From Nitrospirota bacterium (GTDB lineage Bacteria; Nitrospirota; Nitrospiria; 2-01-FULL-66-17), in NCBI GenBank assembly GCA_049325335.1, contig JBMOMC010000002.1:160001-224000 (forward strand): a DNA stretch of 64,000 nucleotides. The letters run 5' to 3'. The notes under the pieces were generated by a model that was not told the DNA's origin, ran no database searches, and worked only from the letters and a program-made list of their open reading frames with translations. Shown in pieces: positions 28,933-37,238 of this stretch (position 1 is its first letter; each line of letters starts with the position of its first letter). A program made the translations under genes and the position numbers.

Positions 28933-29130
28933 TCAAGACCCGTGCGAGTTTTTGAGCCGCCCGATATAGGTATCGAGGTCGGCCCGGTCGATCAGCACGC
29001 GCCGCTTGATGCGGAGATAGGGCAGGTCGCCCCGGAATATCAGGTCGCGTAGTGTCCAGTACGACACCCCGAGATAGGTCGCGGCTTCGTGTTGAGACAG
29101 GAGACGAGGCGTCAAGGTTTCAGCCTTCAC
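28933..29130 (-). CDS. Excisionase-type HTH DNA-binding protein
   Basis: LLSQHEAATYLGVSYWTLRDLIFRGDLP...VLIDRADLD. Confidence 0.85.
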   Translation of the reverse strand: MKAETLTPRLLSQHEAATYLGVSYWTLRDLIFRGDLPYLRIKRRVLIDRADLDTYIGRLKNSHGS

Positions 29131-29704
29131 GGTGTGCCTCCCGCAGACGACGGCGCGCGGTGGATCGGCTGCAATGTAGCCGACGCGCAATCACCCCGAA
29201 GGACAGCCCCTCGGCCCGCAACCGCGCGACCTCGTCCGGCTGCGCCTCGTTGACCGGCCGTCCCAGCCGCACCCCACGGGCGCGCGCCGCATCGAGTCCG
29301 GCCTTGACCCGTTCGCGGATGATGTCGCGTTCAAGCTGCGCCATCGCGCCGATGATGGTAAACATGGCGAGGCCAATCGGCGTGGACGTGTCGAACTGTT
29401 CTTGCAGCGAGACAAAGCCCACGTTCAGGCTGCGGAACTGTTCCAGCCCCGTGATGAGGTGCTTAACCGACCGGGCGAAGCGGTCAAAGCGCCAGACCGC
29501 CACGGCCTGAAACTGCCCGGCCCACGCGGCCGTGAGCATCCGGTCGAGGGCGGGCCGCCGTTCCCTCGCGCCGGAGTAGCCGCGGTCCACAAATTCTTCG
29601 ACAATGCTCCAGCCCCGCGCCGCCGCGTGCGTCCGCAACGCGACTAACTGGACTTCCGGTTCCTGCCCCTCGGTACTCACGCGGGCGTACAGTGCAACCT
29701 TCAC
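29120..29704 (-). CDS. Serine recombinase (resolvase/invertase) with C-terminal HTH
   Basis: ALYARVST, DRFARS, ERVKAGL, GRP, HTH tail. Confidence 0.93.
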   Translation of the reverse strand: MKVALYARVSTEGQEPEVQLVALRTHAAARGWSIVEEFVDRGYSGARERRPALDRMLTAAWAGQFQAVAVWRFDRFARSVKHLITGLEQFRSLNVGFVSLQEQFDTSTPIGLAMFTIIGAMAQLERDIIRERVKAGLDAARARGVRLGRPVNEAQPDEVARLRAEGLSFGVIARRLHCSRSTARRRLREAHREG

Positions 29705-30921
29705 GGTGTCCCTCCTTTGAAAATCAATACGTATTCGTGCAACGTGGGAATGAAGCGCGCGGGGCCGTAGCGGAAGTGCTGCGCGTGGCGTTCGTGCTGG
29801 CCGTCCTTAATCAACACGGCCTCAAGCGGCAACACGTTCCAGCGAATCAGGTCGGAGTGAATCGGGAAGAACACGCCATTTTTGCGGCCGTCGCCGATGA
29901 GGATTACCACGCGGCCCGTGGGCGTGACGACCGTAGCAAGCCGCTCGAATCCCGCGCGCAAGCGTGCCGCGAAATCGTCATAGCCGCGCGCGTTCGACAA
30001 ATCATTCGGATGGTCGCTGTACTGAAATCCCGGCCAGTAAGGCGGGTGCCAGAACACCACGTCGAAGCGGCGGTCCGGCAACGGCGAGGACAACAGGTCG
30101 AATCCGGCCGTCAGGTCCCGGCCCTCGTACTCAATCTTGAGGTCGGCGCACACCTCGCGCGTGGTCCCGCCGCCTTCCATCGGGTCGAAGACCGACGCGG
30201 GCTTGTAGTAGTCGAACACGTCAATGAGCAGATACCCCGAGGCATTCCCGAAGTACTTCGCCTTGCCCCACGGCCCGCGTTCGGGATAGCGCAGCAGCGA
30301 CGTGAAGCCCGACCGGGTTTGCAGGTGTCGCCGGATCGCCTCTTGCCGGGCCTTGGCCTCAACCACGGCGCGCTCGAGCGTGGACTTCGGGACCCCGGTA
30401 GCTGTCTCCGCCTCGCGCAGCGACGCGCCGTTATCTATGAGGCGCAGCGCCGCGGCCAAGCCCTCGCGCGTGACGGTGTCCCGTTTATAAGCGGCTAATA
30501 TCTGGGCCACCCGTGCTTGGGAGAGGCCCGCGGCCGTCGCGATCTCGGCTTGCGTGAGGCCTTGCGCCGCGAGTTGCGCGAGCACGCGGTTGCGCTGCGC
30601 GGTCGGAATCGGCGCGCCGTGCCGGTTCAGTTCCAAGGCGCGCGCCAAGTGGCGCTCGGGCGGGCAGTCCTCGAAGATGACGGGCACGGTGTCGGCTCCC
30701 GCGGCGTGGTGGGCGCTCAAGCGGTGGAAGCCGTCCAGCAAGACACCGGTTGCTCGGTCTACGCGCAGCGGGGGCAAGCCCTCGCGGTCTTCGCGGTAAC
30801 GGGCGAGCGCGTCCTCGTCATACTCGGCCCGCGGCCAGGCCGTGCGGTCTTGCCGAATGGCGGACAGCGGGACCGCCTCTACGCGCCCCGGAGCCGGGCG
30901 TTCGTCGGGTGCGGGCATCAT
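29701..30921 (-). CDS. ParB-like/HTH/DNA amino-methyltransferase fusion
   Basis: LLDGFHRL (ParB-like), HTH segments, DPMEGGGT (motif I), HPPY (motif IV). Confidence 0.75.
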   Translation of the reverse strand: MMPAPDERPAPGRVEAVPLSAIRQDRTAWPRAEYDEDALARYREDREGLPPLRVDRATGVLLDGFHRLSAHHAAGADTVPVIFEDCPPERHLARALELNRHGAPIPTAQRNRVLAQLAAQGLTQAEIATAAGLSQARVAQILAAYKRDTVTREGLAAALRLIDNGASLREAETATGVPKSTLERAVVEAKARQEAIRRHLQTRSGFTSLLRYPERGPWGKAKYFGNASGYLLIDVFDYYKPASVFDPMEGGGTTREVCADLKIEYEGRDLTAGFDLLSSPLPDRRFDVVFWHPPYWPGFQYSDHPNDLSNARGYDDFAARLRAGFERLATVVTPTGRVVILIGDGRKNGVFFPIHSDLIRWNVLPLEAVLIKDGQHERHAQHFRYGPARFIPTLHEYVLIFKGGTP

Positions 30922-32579
30922 CGGGCGGGCTCCACGGCGTTCGGTGCGCCATAATCCCCGCCCGTCGAAGTGGCCGCCGTTACGCGTGCGGTTGAGCGGG
31001 CGTGGGACTGGCAGAGGGCGCGCGCGCCGTAGGTGGTCCACGTCCCGGCCCCGCAGTCGGCGCAGCGGCCGAAAGCCCTCACGTGCTTCGGCCCGAGTCC
31101 CGGAATCTCGCGCGGCCAGCCGGTGCCGTCGTCCGCCCCTAGATAGCTAGCTAGGGTATCTATGGGCTGGGCGGTAGATATATCTCCGGGCGGTGAGCCC
31201 GGCTCAGAGTCCGTAGCTATATAGCTATGGGAACACCCCTCGGCGTTCTGTGCCGTCTCCCTCGCGTCGTGTTTCTTGTGTGGACGGGATTCATCCAGAA
31301 CATCCGGAACAAGTCTGTTGTTTCCAGGAGTTGCGTCATAATTGCGATCCGGAACAACGGGCCGATGTTCCGGATCGCAAACCGCGATAACCGTCTGATT
31401 TAACGGAGTTGTTCCGGATGTTCCGGATAAACGGCCCCCGGAAGGAGAAGGACCCGACGGGAGATACCGCGACCAGGTCTCACGGAATTGGTCCCGGCGG
31501 TAGCTCTGCCGGGTGTCCTTGCCGGTCCGGACCTTCTGCGGGCGGATGTTGAACCCCTTGAGCCGGTCCGCGAGGTGGCGGGGTGTGATGGCCTTCCCGT
31601 ACCAGTCGCCCCACGGCGCGTCTTCGATCGCCGCTAGCGCGTGACACAATTCTTCGGAGGTCATGTAGTCCGACGGCGCGTCGGCAAACAGGCTCCGAAT
31701 ATCCGCCAGCAGGCGAACCGCGATCGACGCCTCGTCCGGGGCGGTGTGGCCATCCAGCGCGAGGACCGCCGCGCGGGCGCGGCCCGGCCACTCACCCCCC
31801 GCAGCGTCGGCAATCGCGAGCAGCGGTTCGGCTCCGTCTTGCGTGCGGTCACTCAGTGCCGGCGGGAGGTCGGGTGTGGCGTCCTTGAGTGTGGCGACGT
31901 GCGCCGCGGCCCACTCGGCGATTTGTTCCCGGATCACTGCGGCGTCCACCTCGGCGCGCCGCCGCGTGGGACCGCCGAATCCTTCCATCGGTTCCTCGCG
32001 GGTGCGGCGCACCATGCGGAGCGGAATCGACCGGTCGGCAATCGTGTCGGGCAACCGCCCGATCCCCGCGAGCGCGCGAGGGCCGAACACCGCAAAGTCT
32101 TTCAAGTCAAACTGTTTCCCAACGCATCGGGACACGGACGCGCCCCGCCGATTGCCGGAGTTCAGGAGCGCGCGCAAGCCCTCATGGTCCTTCGCCTTCG
32201 GCCCGAACACGGCGTCTACCTCGTCGAGCAGGAGCGTGGGCCGGTCGCGGTCGAGTTTGCGAAACAGGACCGCTTCGCTCGGCGCGACGGCGCGCCAGGG
32301 GCGCGCGACAAGCAGTTCCAGTATTTCCAGCAGCCGGGTCTTGCCCGATCCCTTCTCGGGCGAGGTCACGTCAAGGAAGGGGGTCGCCTCCGCGGCGTCG
32401 ATGGCGTGGGTATGCACGATCCACAAGGCGATCACGCACACTTGATCGGGCGACAGCACCACGAAGCGGCGGACGAACTGCATCAGGTCGTGCAATAGCG
32501 GTCCCACGTGGGGCGCGTGTGCGGGCGGGTCCAGCGGCCGCCCGGCTTCCCCTTCAAGGGCGTCAATGTCGTCGGACAT
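30918..32579 (-). CDS. DUF3631-containing P-loop replication protein
   Basis: ALWIVHTH, SPEKGSGKT, LLLDEVD, LPDTIADRSI, EDAPW. Confidence 0.8.
   Translation of the reverse strand: MSDDIDALEGEAGRPLDPPAHAPHVGPLLHDLMQFVRRFVVLSPDQVCVIALWIVHTHAIDAAEATPFLDVTSPEKGSGKTRLLEILELLVARPWRAVAPSEAVLFRKLDRDRPTLLLDEVDAVFGPKAKDHEGLRALLNSGNRRGASVSRCVGKQFDLKDFAVFGPRALAGIGRLPDTIADRSIPLRMVRRTREEPMEGFGGPTRRRAEVDAAVIREQIAEWAAAHVATLKDATPDLPPALSDRTQDGAEPLLAIADAAGGEWPGRARAAVLALDGHTAPDEASIAVRLLADIRSLFADAPSDYMTSEELCHALAAIEDAPWGDWYGKAITPRHLADRLKGFNIRPQKVRTGKDTRQSYRRDQFRETWSRYLPSGPSPSGGRLSGTSGTTPLNQTVIAVCDPEHRPVVPDRNYDATPGNNRLVPDVLDESRPHKKHDARETAQNAEGCSHSYIATDSEPGSPPGDISTAQPIDTLASYLGADDGTGWPREIPGLGPKHVRAFGRCADCGAGTWTTYGARALCQSHARSTARVTAATSTGGDYGAPNAVEPAR
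31293..31428. repeat. Symmetric iteron array, putative replication origin
   Basis: ATCC(A/G)GAAC x3 facing GTTCCGGAT x3 around a 15-bp inverted repeat. Confidence 0.65.
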
Positions 32580-33090
32580 GGTCCCTCGTGCTGAGCCGGT
32601 GTTCGCGGAACGCGAACGTGAGGCGGTGCAGGTGCTCCGCTATCCGTAAATCGTCGTAGCCGCGGCAGACGGCGCGCATGGCGCGGTCAACATCGGCCGC
32701 GCTCCACCCGGACACGTCCAGGCCGCGCGCCCGATCGAGCACCGCAAGGCCGCGCAACTCGCGGGCGATCGCACCGCGCCAGAGGCCGTATTCCGCCGCG
32801 CGCAGAAACTCCCGCGGAGTGAACGGCCGCGGGTCAGGAACCCGGCGCGTGCTGCGTGGGGACGGGTGGTCAAACAACTCGTGCGGCGTGAGCCCGAGGG
32901 CTGCACAAATCGCGTCAAGTGAGCATCCCGTAAAGCAATGCAGGAGCACTCCGCGTTCTCCCGCACGGATGGACAGCGACGGGCTCCGGTCGTTGTGCGC
33001 GGGACACGGGGCAGTCCAGCCGTCGCCCGAAGGTTTCGCGTGGGGCAACCGATTGAGCACCCGTTGAACCGGAAGAGACGCCATCGCCAC
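32563..33090 (-). CDS. Primase-type zinc-binding domain protein
   Basis: CPAHNDRSPSLSI...LLHCFTGC. Confidence 0.75.
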   Translation of the reverse strand: MAMASLPVQRVLNRLPHAKPSGDGWTAPCPAHNDRSPSLSIRAGERGVLLHCFTGCSLDAICAALGLTPHELFDHPSPRSTRRVPDPRPFTPREFLRAAEYGLWRGAIARELRGLAVLDRARGLDVSGWSAADVDRAMRAVCRGYDDLRIAEHLHRLTFAFREHRLSTRDHVRRH

Positions 33091-33093
33091 CCC

Positions 33094-33381
33094 TTACGGC
33101 TCCCGCGGTCCGGCCGACAGTCCGGCGGCCTGGGCCACGCGGTCGATCCACGCCCGCACGGCGGCGACCGGCCGCGCGCCGCGCCAAATCCACCCGCCCG
33201 TGGTGAGTCGGAGATAGGCGGTCTTGGTCCCGAAGGACCGCACCTCGCAGCGCCAACACCGCCAGTACGGGCGGCCCTTCACGTCAAAATGCACGTCAAG
33301 CTCGGCGAGACAGTACGGACACGCCCCGGTGAGACTGTCCCCTTGTATTCTGGTATGTGCTGCGCTATCGTCCATGCTCAC
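33094..33381 (-). CDS. Small zinc-ribbon protein
   Basis: CPYC...CWRC; RBS-like GGGGAGAG upstream. Confidence 0.55.
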   Translation of the reverse strand: MSMDDSAAHTRIQGDSLTGACPYCLAELDVHFDVKGRPYWRCWRCEVRSFGTKTAYLRLTTGGWIWRGARPVAAVRAWIDRVAQAAGLSAGPREP

Positions 33382-33545
33382 TCTCCCCTGTGGCCGTTGT
33401 TCTATCTATATGCACGCGACTGTATAAGAGGGGATATCCCGGAACCAGGCGAAAAACGCGTGGCCGTGCAAAAAACATGAGTTGTGTGTTTTGATGTCCC
33501 CGCGAAGCCGCACTAGGAGCGGGCCGGATGAGTTTCTGGTTTTAG

Positions 33546-34355
33546 ATGGTGAAATTCATGCAAGTAGATTGGGGAAAATGGATCGCGGACTACTACCCAC
33601 GCTGGACTGACCGGCGCTGGAGAGCGTGCGTCACGGAGATTCGAGAGCAGCGGAGACTGTCCGTCGAGGAGTTCCAGTACGTCGTGCTTGGGTGCGGATA
33701 CTACTTCCACGTCCACCGACCCTCTGCGGACGACGTGGTGTCACGGCTGAAGCAAGCGATCAACGGCCTCGACGGGGAGGATATCGCCGAGTTCATATTG
33801 AATGAACAGGCCATTCGGCGACGGGTCGGAAAACTTGGGTGGGAGGTGGGGCCGGATCGGGTCCGCCTGAGCAGCACGCCCAAGCGTGGGCCGGTGGTTA
33901 ATCCGGCTCCAAGAATCGCGGCGCTATCGGTGTACGCTTGGATTAAGCGGCGGAGGCCGGAGACGGACCCGACGGGGTTTGTCTGCGCGGTCTATCACGC
34001 GCTATCCGGTCGGGGGATCAGTGACGTGACGTTCGGCCGGATGCAAAAGGCTGCGGCTGCGGTCCATGTGCTCCGGTACGTGCCAGAGGAGCGGAACGTG
34101 TCCGCGATTGAGGCGTGGCTCGGGATGCTTGAGAGCCGGTACAAGGGGTTTCGTCGCGCGGAGGATGAAGCCAAGCAGGCTGAGCGAGCGTCGGTCACGA
34201 AGCCCCTGGAGAAAGACGACATTCCGAACCTGTATCCGATCAGCGGGATGGCGGCCGTTGTGCTGCGGGCCGTCGGGGTGACGGTCGAGCCGAGAAGACG
34301 CGCGGACGGGCGCTTCTTACCCAGGGGTCAAAAACTGTCTCACGTTGTGAGGTAA
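33546..34355 (+). CDS. Hypothetical protein
   Basis: 269-aa ORF divergent from the replication operon; no motif recognised. Confidence 0.5.
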   Translation: MVKFMQVDWGKWIADYYPRWTDRRWRACVTEIREQRRLSVEEFQYVVLGCGYYFHVHRPSADDVVSRLKQAINGLDGEDIAEFILNEQAIRRRVGKLGWEVGPDRVRLSSTPKRGPVVNPAPRIAALSVYAWIKRRRPETDPTGFVCAVYHALSGRGISDVTFGRMQKAAAAVHVLRYVPEERNVSAIEAWLGMLESRYKGFRRAEDEAKQAERASVTKPLEKDDIPNLYPISGMAAVVLRAVGVTVEPRRRADGRFLPRGQKLSHVVR

Positions 34356-34445
34356 AAAGGGCTGAATTTTCAGGGATGCGCGGGGCAGTTTGGCGCGAGG
34401 TCAAAAACAAATCTTAATGCGCGATTGATAGGTTGGATCACGACG

Positions 34446-35078
34446 ATGTACTACGACGAAGAAGACTACAGCGCGGAGGCCTATCTCGACGACGCGCTAA
34501 AGAGTATTTCCGAAGATAATACAAGGGCCTATCTAGGAGTCTACGGAGACGCGATAGAAGAAAGGGTTCAGGATTGCCTAAAACAAGCTGAAGAGTTGCT
34601 GTCCACAGGCTATAACGGACCAGCCCTGGCTCTTGCTGCAACCGCTGTTGAACTAATGATCCGATTCATGTTACTGCGTCCCCTAATTGAAGGCGCCTTC
34701 CTGTCAGAGGAATGGGCAGAGATTCTGGCGACGCGTGTGGCTACTGGGCGCTCCGCGGAGGACCGCGAACTTTTACCTGCGGTTCTGCAGCGATGGCGAA
34801 TCGACATTGCGACGATCAGGACCCCTGGAGGCTTCCCTCTCTGGGAGTTTGTGTTGAAAGAACTGTGGCCGAAACGTCATAACTTCGTACATAAAGGTGA
34901 GCGACCGTCGAGGGAGATTGCTGCGACGGCAATCGAGTGTGCTCGCTGTTTCAAAGAAACGGTCATCGGAGCGATAGCGATGAAGCTAGGATTTACGCGC
35001 GCAAGAACTGGAAAATGGTGCGAGATTGATAGCGAAGACGGGAGTATGAGGAGATTTGGCCCCCAGAGTCCATTCTAA
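34446..35078 (+). CDS. HEPN-like protein (RxxxxH)
   Basis: ALAATAVE N-terminal helix and KRHNFVH motif; AT-richer codon usage. Confidence 0.6.
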   Translation: MYYDEEDYSAEAYLDDALKSISEDNTRAYLGVYGDAIEERVQDCLKQAEELLSTGYNGPALALAATAVELMIRFMLLRPLIEGAFLSEEWAEILATRVATGRSAEDRELLPAVLQRWRIDIATIRTPGGFPLWEFVLKELWPKRHNFVHKGERPSREIAATAIECARCFKETVIGAIAMKLGFTRARTGKWCEIDSEDGSMRRFGPQSPF

Positions 35079-35188
35079 GGTCAATATGTGTTCTTTTTGA
35101 CCCTGGATGTGGCGATTCCGATGTGCCTTGTAAATTGGGGGGCTTTGGATGATGAGGGTGTCGGGTTATTGCCCCCCGCGCAAATGAC

Positions 35189-35602
35189 CTACTCGCGAAC
35201 GTCATTAACGAATGTTTTCCCTGCCAAAGCGCCAAGAAAGATAGCTCCAGACTGGAGCACGAAAATAAGAAACTTTCCAATTCCCGATCCCTCAAGCACC
35301 ATGCGCTCAAAATCATAAATGAAAAACAGAATCACCAGGACCGCCGCGACGGACACAAAACTGACATAGATTGTAGAAATGGGGACCGAACGGAAGAGGA
35401 GTGCTGTAACGTAAACTGCAAAAAAACCTCCTACCCCTGGGCTAAGGACCCACATCAAGAAAATGTTAACCAGAGGGAATACACCAACTTCTGGTCGGGC
35501 CCGGCTGGCAATGATACCGATAACAGCTAAAATCGTCGCCATCAGTACCCAGCCGAGCACTAAGATAATCACGCTCGAAAGGGTTGAGAGGATGGCTTTC
35601 AA
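35189..35602 (-). CDS. Small multi-pass membrane protein
   Basis: About four hydrophobic segments. Confidence 0.6.
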   Translation of the reverse strand: MKAILSTLSSVIILVLGWVLMATILAVIGIIASRARPEVGVFPLVNIFLMWVLSPGVGGFFAVYVTALLFRSVPISTIYVSFVSVAAVLVILFFIYDFERMVLEGSGIGKFLIFVLQSGAIFLGALAGKTFVNDVRE

Positions 35603-35605
35603 CGG

Positions 35606-35881
35606 TCAGCGCTCCGAATCTTTGTCGATGGCTGCGCCGATGGCATGGAGAACGCCTCCAGCAATTCCGCTCCCGTAAACAAGCAGACAAGGGAACCAGT
35701 TGCCATGAGCTAACGCTTCATACCAAGGGGCAAAGGCCAACGTGACGGGCCATAAAAAGAACGAAATTATCCCTCCAAGGAATCCAAGGTTGTCAATAGC
35801 TATATCGAGGGAAATGAAAAATCCCCAGAGGCCGGCGACAACAAAAATGATGACCGCTGGTGTTTTGAATATTATTCCCAT
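35606..35881 (-). CDS. Small membrane protein
   Basis: Hydrophobic 91-aa ORF, GGAG RBS, 3 nt from the next gene. Confidence 0.6.
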   Translation of the reverse strand: MGIIFKTPAVIIFVVAGLWGFFISLDIAIDNLGFLGGIISFFLWPVTLAFAPWYEALAHGNWFPCLLVYGSGIAGGVLHAIGAAIDKDSER

Positions 35882-36229
35882 CGTGGATTCTCCGACGTAG
35901 ATCAGAGGGTACCAAGGGTAGGCCTATACCTTTTGAAGGATGGCATCCAGATTTCAGCACGAGCAGAAAATATTGTCAACAACAGGGGTGATGAGGGCCT
36001 TGTCGTCGTTGACATCATGGAACGACGAGGGGTCAGCCCCTGACTTGCAACAAGCGAGTCCGGCCTGGGCCTGGGTTCACCCCACCGAATTGTGCTCGGA
36101 ATGTGCTCAAGCCCACCGGTCTCCAGCCCATTCAGGCCTATTCAGGCCAAAGTCGCCCGAACGCGAATCTCTTGGCTGGAGTGGGATTTAGTGACGTGGA
36201 GTGGGCTGGGGTAGGTAGGCTCTACCCGA

Positions 36230-36274
36230 GTGTGAAGCAAGCGCTCTACCACTGAGCTAATCGCCCGATCACGG
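36230..36274 (-). repeat. att repeat: 5' half of tRNA-Val plus 8 nt leader
   Basis: Identical to 27721-27765. Confidence 0.93.
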
Positions 36275-36290
36275 TCCGGAAGGGTGTCGC

Positions 36291-36319
36291 AGTATAACGA
36301 TCCGAAGTTGGCGAGTCAA
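36291..36319 (-). promoter_or_regulatory. Native sigma70 promoter of tRNA-Val, now reading into the element
   Basis: TTGACT-17 bp-TATACT. Confidence 0.75.
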
Positions 36320-36386
36320 TTGCGCTCGGCCTACACACGAGCCGGTGGAGCTCCGCTCCACCGGCTCGTGCCGTCTCATGGCGTCA

Positions 36387-37097
36387 CTAAAACGTGGTGC
36401 CGGCGCTGACGCTGATCGCGGTCTGGTCCACCAACCGCAGTTCCACGCCGAAGGTGACGTTGCCCTGGGCCTTGGCGTTGAGACCCGCAAACAGGCCGAA
36501 CGCGTTGTCTTCAGCCGCGCCGCCGTCAATATCGAGTCCGGACCAGGCGAATCCGCCGTACGGCACCAAGCCGAACTCGGTTTGGCGCCGTTTGGGGTCG
36601 CGGGCGCCGGCCATGTCGAGCGACACTCCGAGTGCGGCATCGTGCTCGGTCCATCCGAGACGGCCAAAGGCGTCGTTTTCCGTCCTCGTATGTGTGGTTT
36701 GGAACACGCTGCCGATTTTGAGATTTGCCGAGGGGACGGTGGCCCAGGTCACGCGCATGCCCACGCCGAACGAGGGACCAATGTCCGAATCGAACGTGCT
36801 CCCCGGGTCGACGCCGAAATCGCCGAACCCGAGCCGAAAATCCAGGTCAAGCCGCTCGTCGATCCCCAACGTGCCCTTGGCGAAGATCTGTGAGCCTTCG
36901 GCTTCTCCTCCCCCCGTCAAGTCTCGGTCCACCAACACGTTCACTTCCGCGCCGAGGGCGGTTTTGCCCGCGCCGGTGGTGGCGGCCGGCACACCGAGCG
37001 GGGCCGCGTGGGCGGTTGCGGCCAAGCCGCCCGCCAGCACGATGGTGATCACGGCCAGGCGCATCCCTCGCGCCCTGAAGATGGTTCTGTGGTTCAT
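36387..37097 (-). CDS. Outer-membrane beta-barrel protein
   Basis: AHA signal peptide, alternating beta strands, C-terminal Phe. Confidence 0.7.
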   Translation of the reverse strand: MNHRTIFRARGMRLAVITIVLAGGLAATAHAAPLGVPAATTGAGKTALGAEVNVLVDRDLTGGGEAEGSQIFAKGTLGIDERLDLDFRLGFGDFGVDPGSTFDSDIGPSFGVGMRVTWATVPSANLKIGSVFQTTHTRTENDAFGRLGWTEHDAALGVSLDMAGARDPKRRQTEFGLVPYGGFAWSGLDIDGGAAEDNAFGLFAGLNAKAQGNVTFGVELRLVDQTAISVSAGTTF

Positions 37098-37238
37098 GAG
37101 TCCTCCTGGGTGAAAATGATGGTGTTCTTTCCCACGGTCGTCCCGACCGCGCGACGTGTATAGCAAATTAGGAACGGGAATACAATTGGAGGGTCCCGGG
37201 AACGTGTTGCCCGGGACGCCGGTCTTGCGGTGAACCGG

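Larger units (their letters stand above)
27721..36274. mobile_element. ~8.5-kb tRNA-Val-integrated element (satellite-like or integrative replicon, no virion genes)
   Basis: 45-bp direct repeats 27721-27765 and 36230-36274; integrase, xis, resolvase, primase-like genes; AT-richer cargo. Confidence 0.9.

Noticed and set aside
36230..36266. Second tRNA-Val gene
   Set aside because: Only the 5' half is present; it is the att repeat
27771..36274. Intact prophage
   Set aside because: No capsid, terminase, tail or lysis genes
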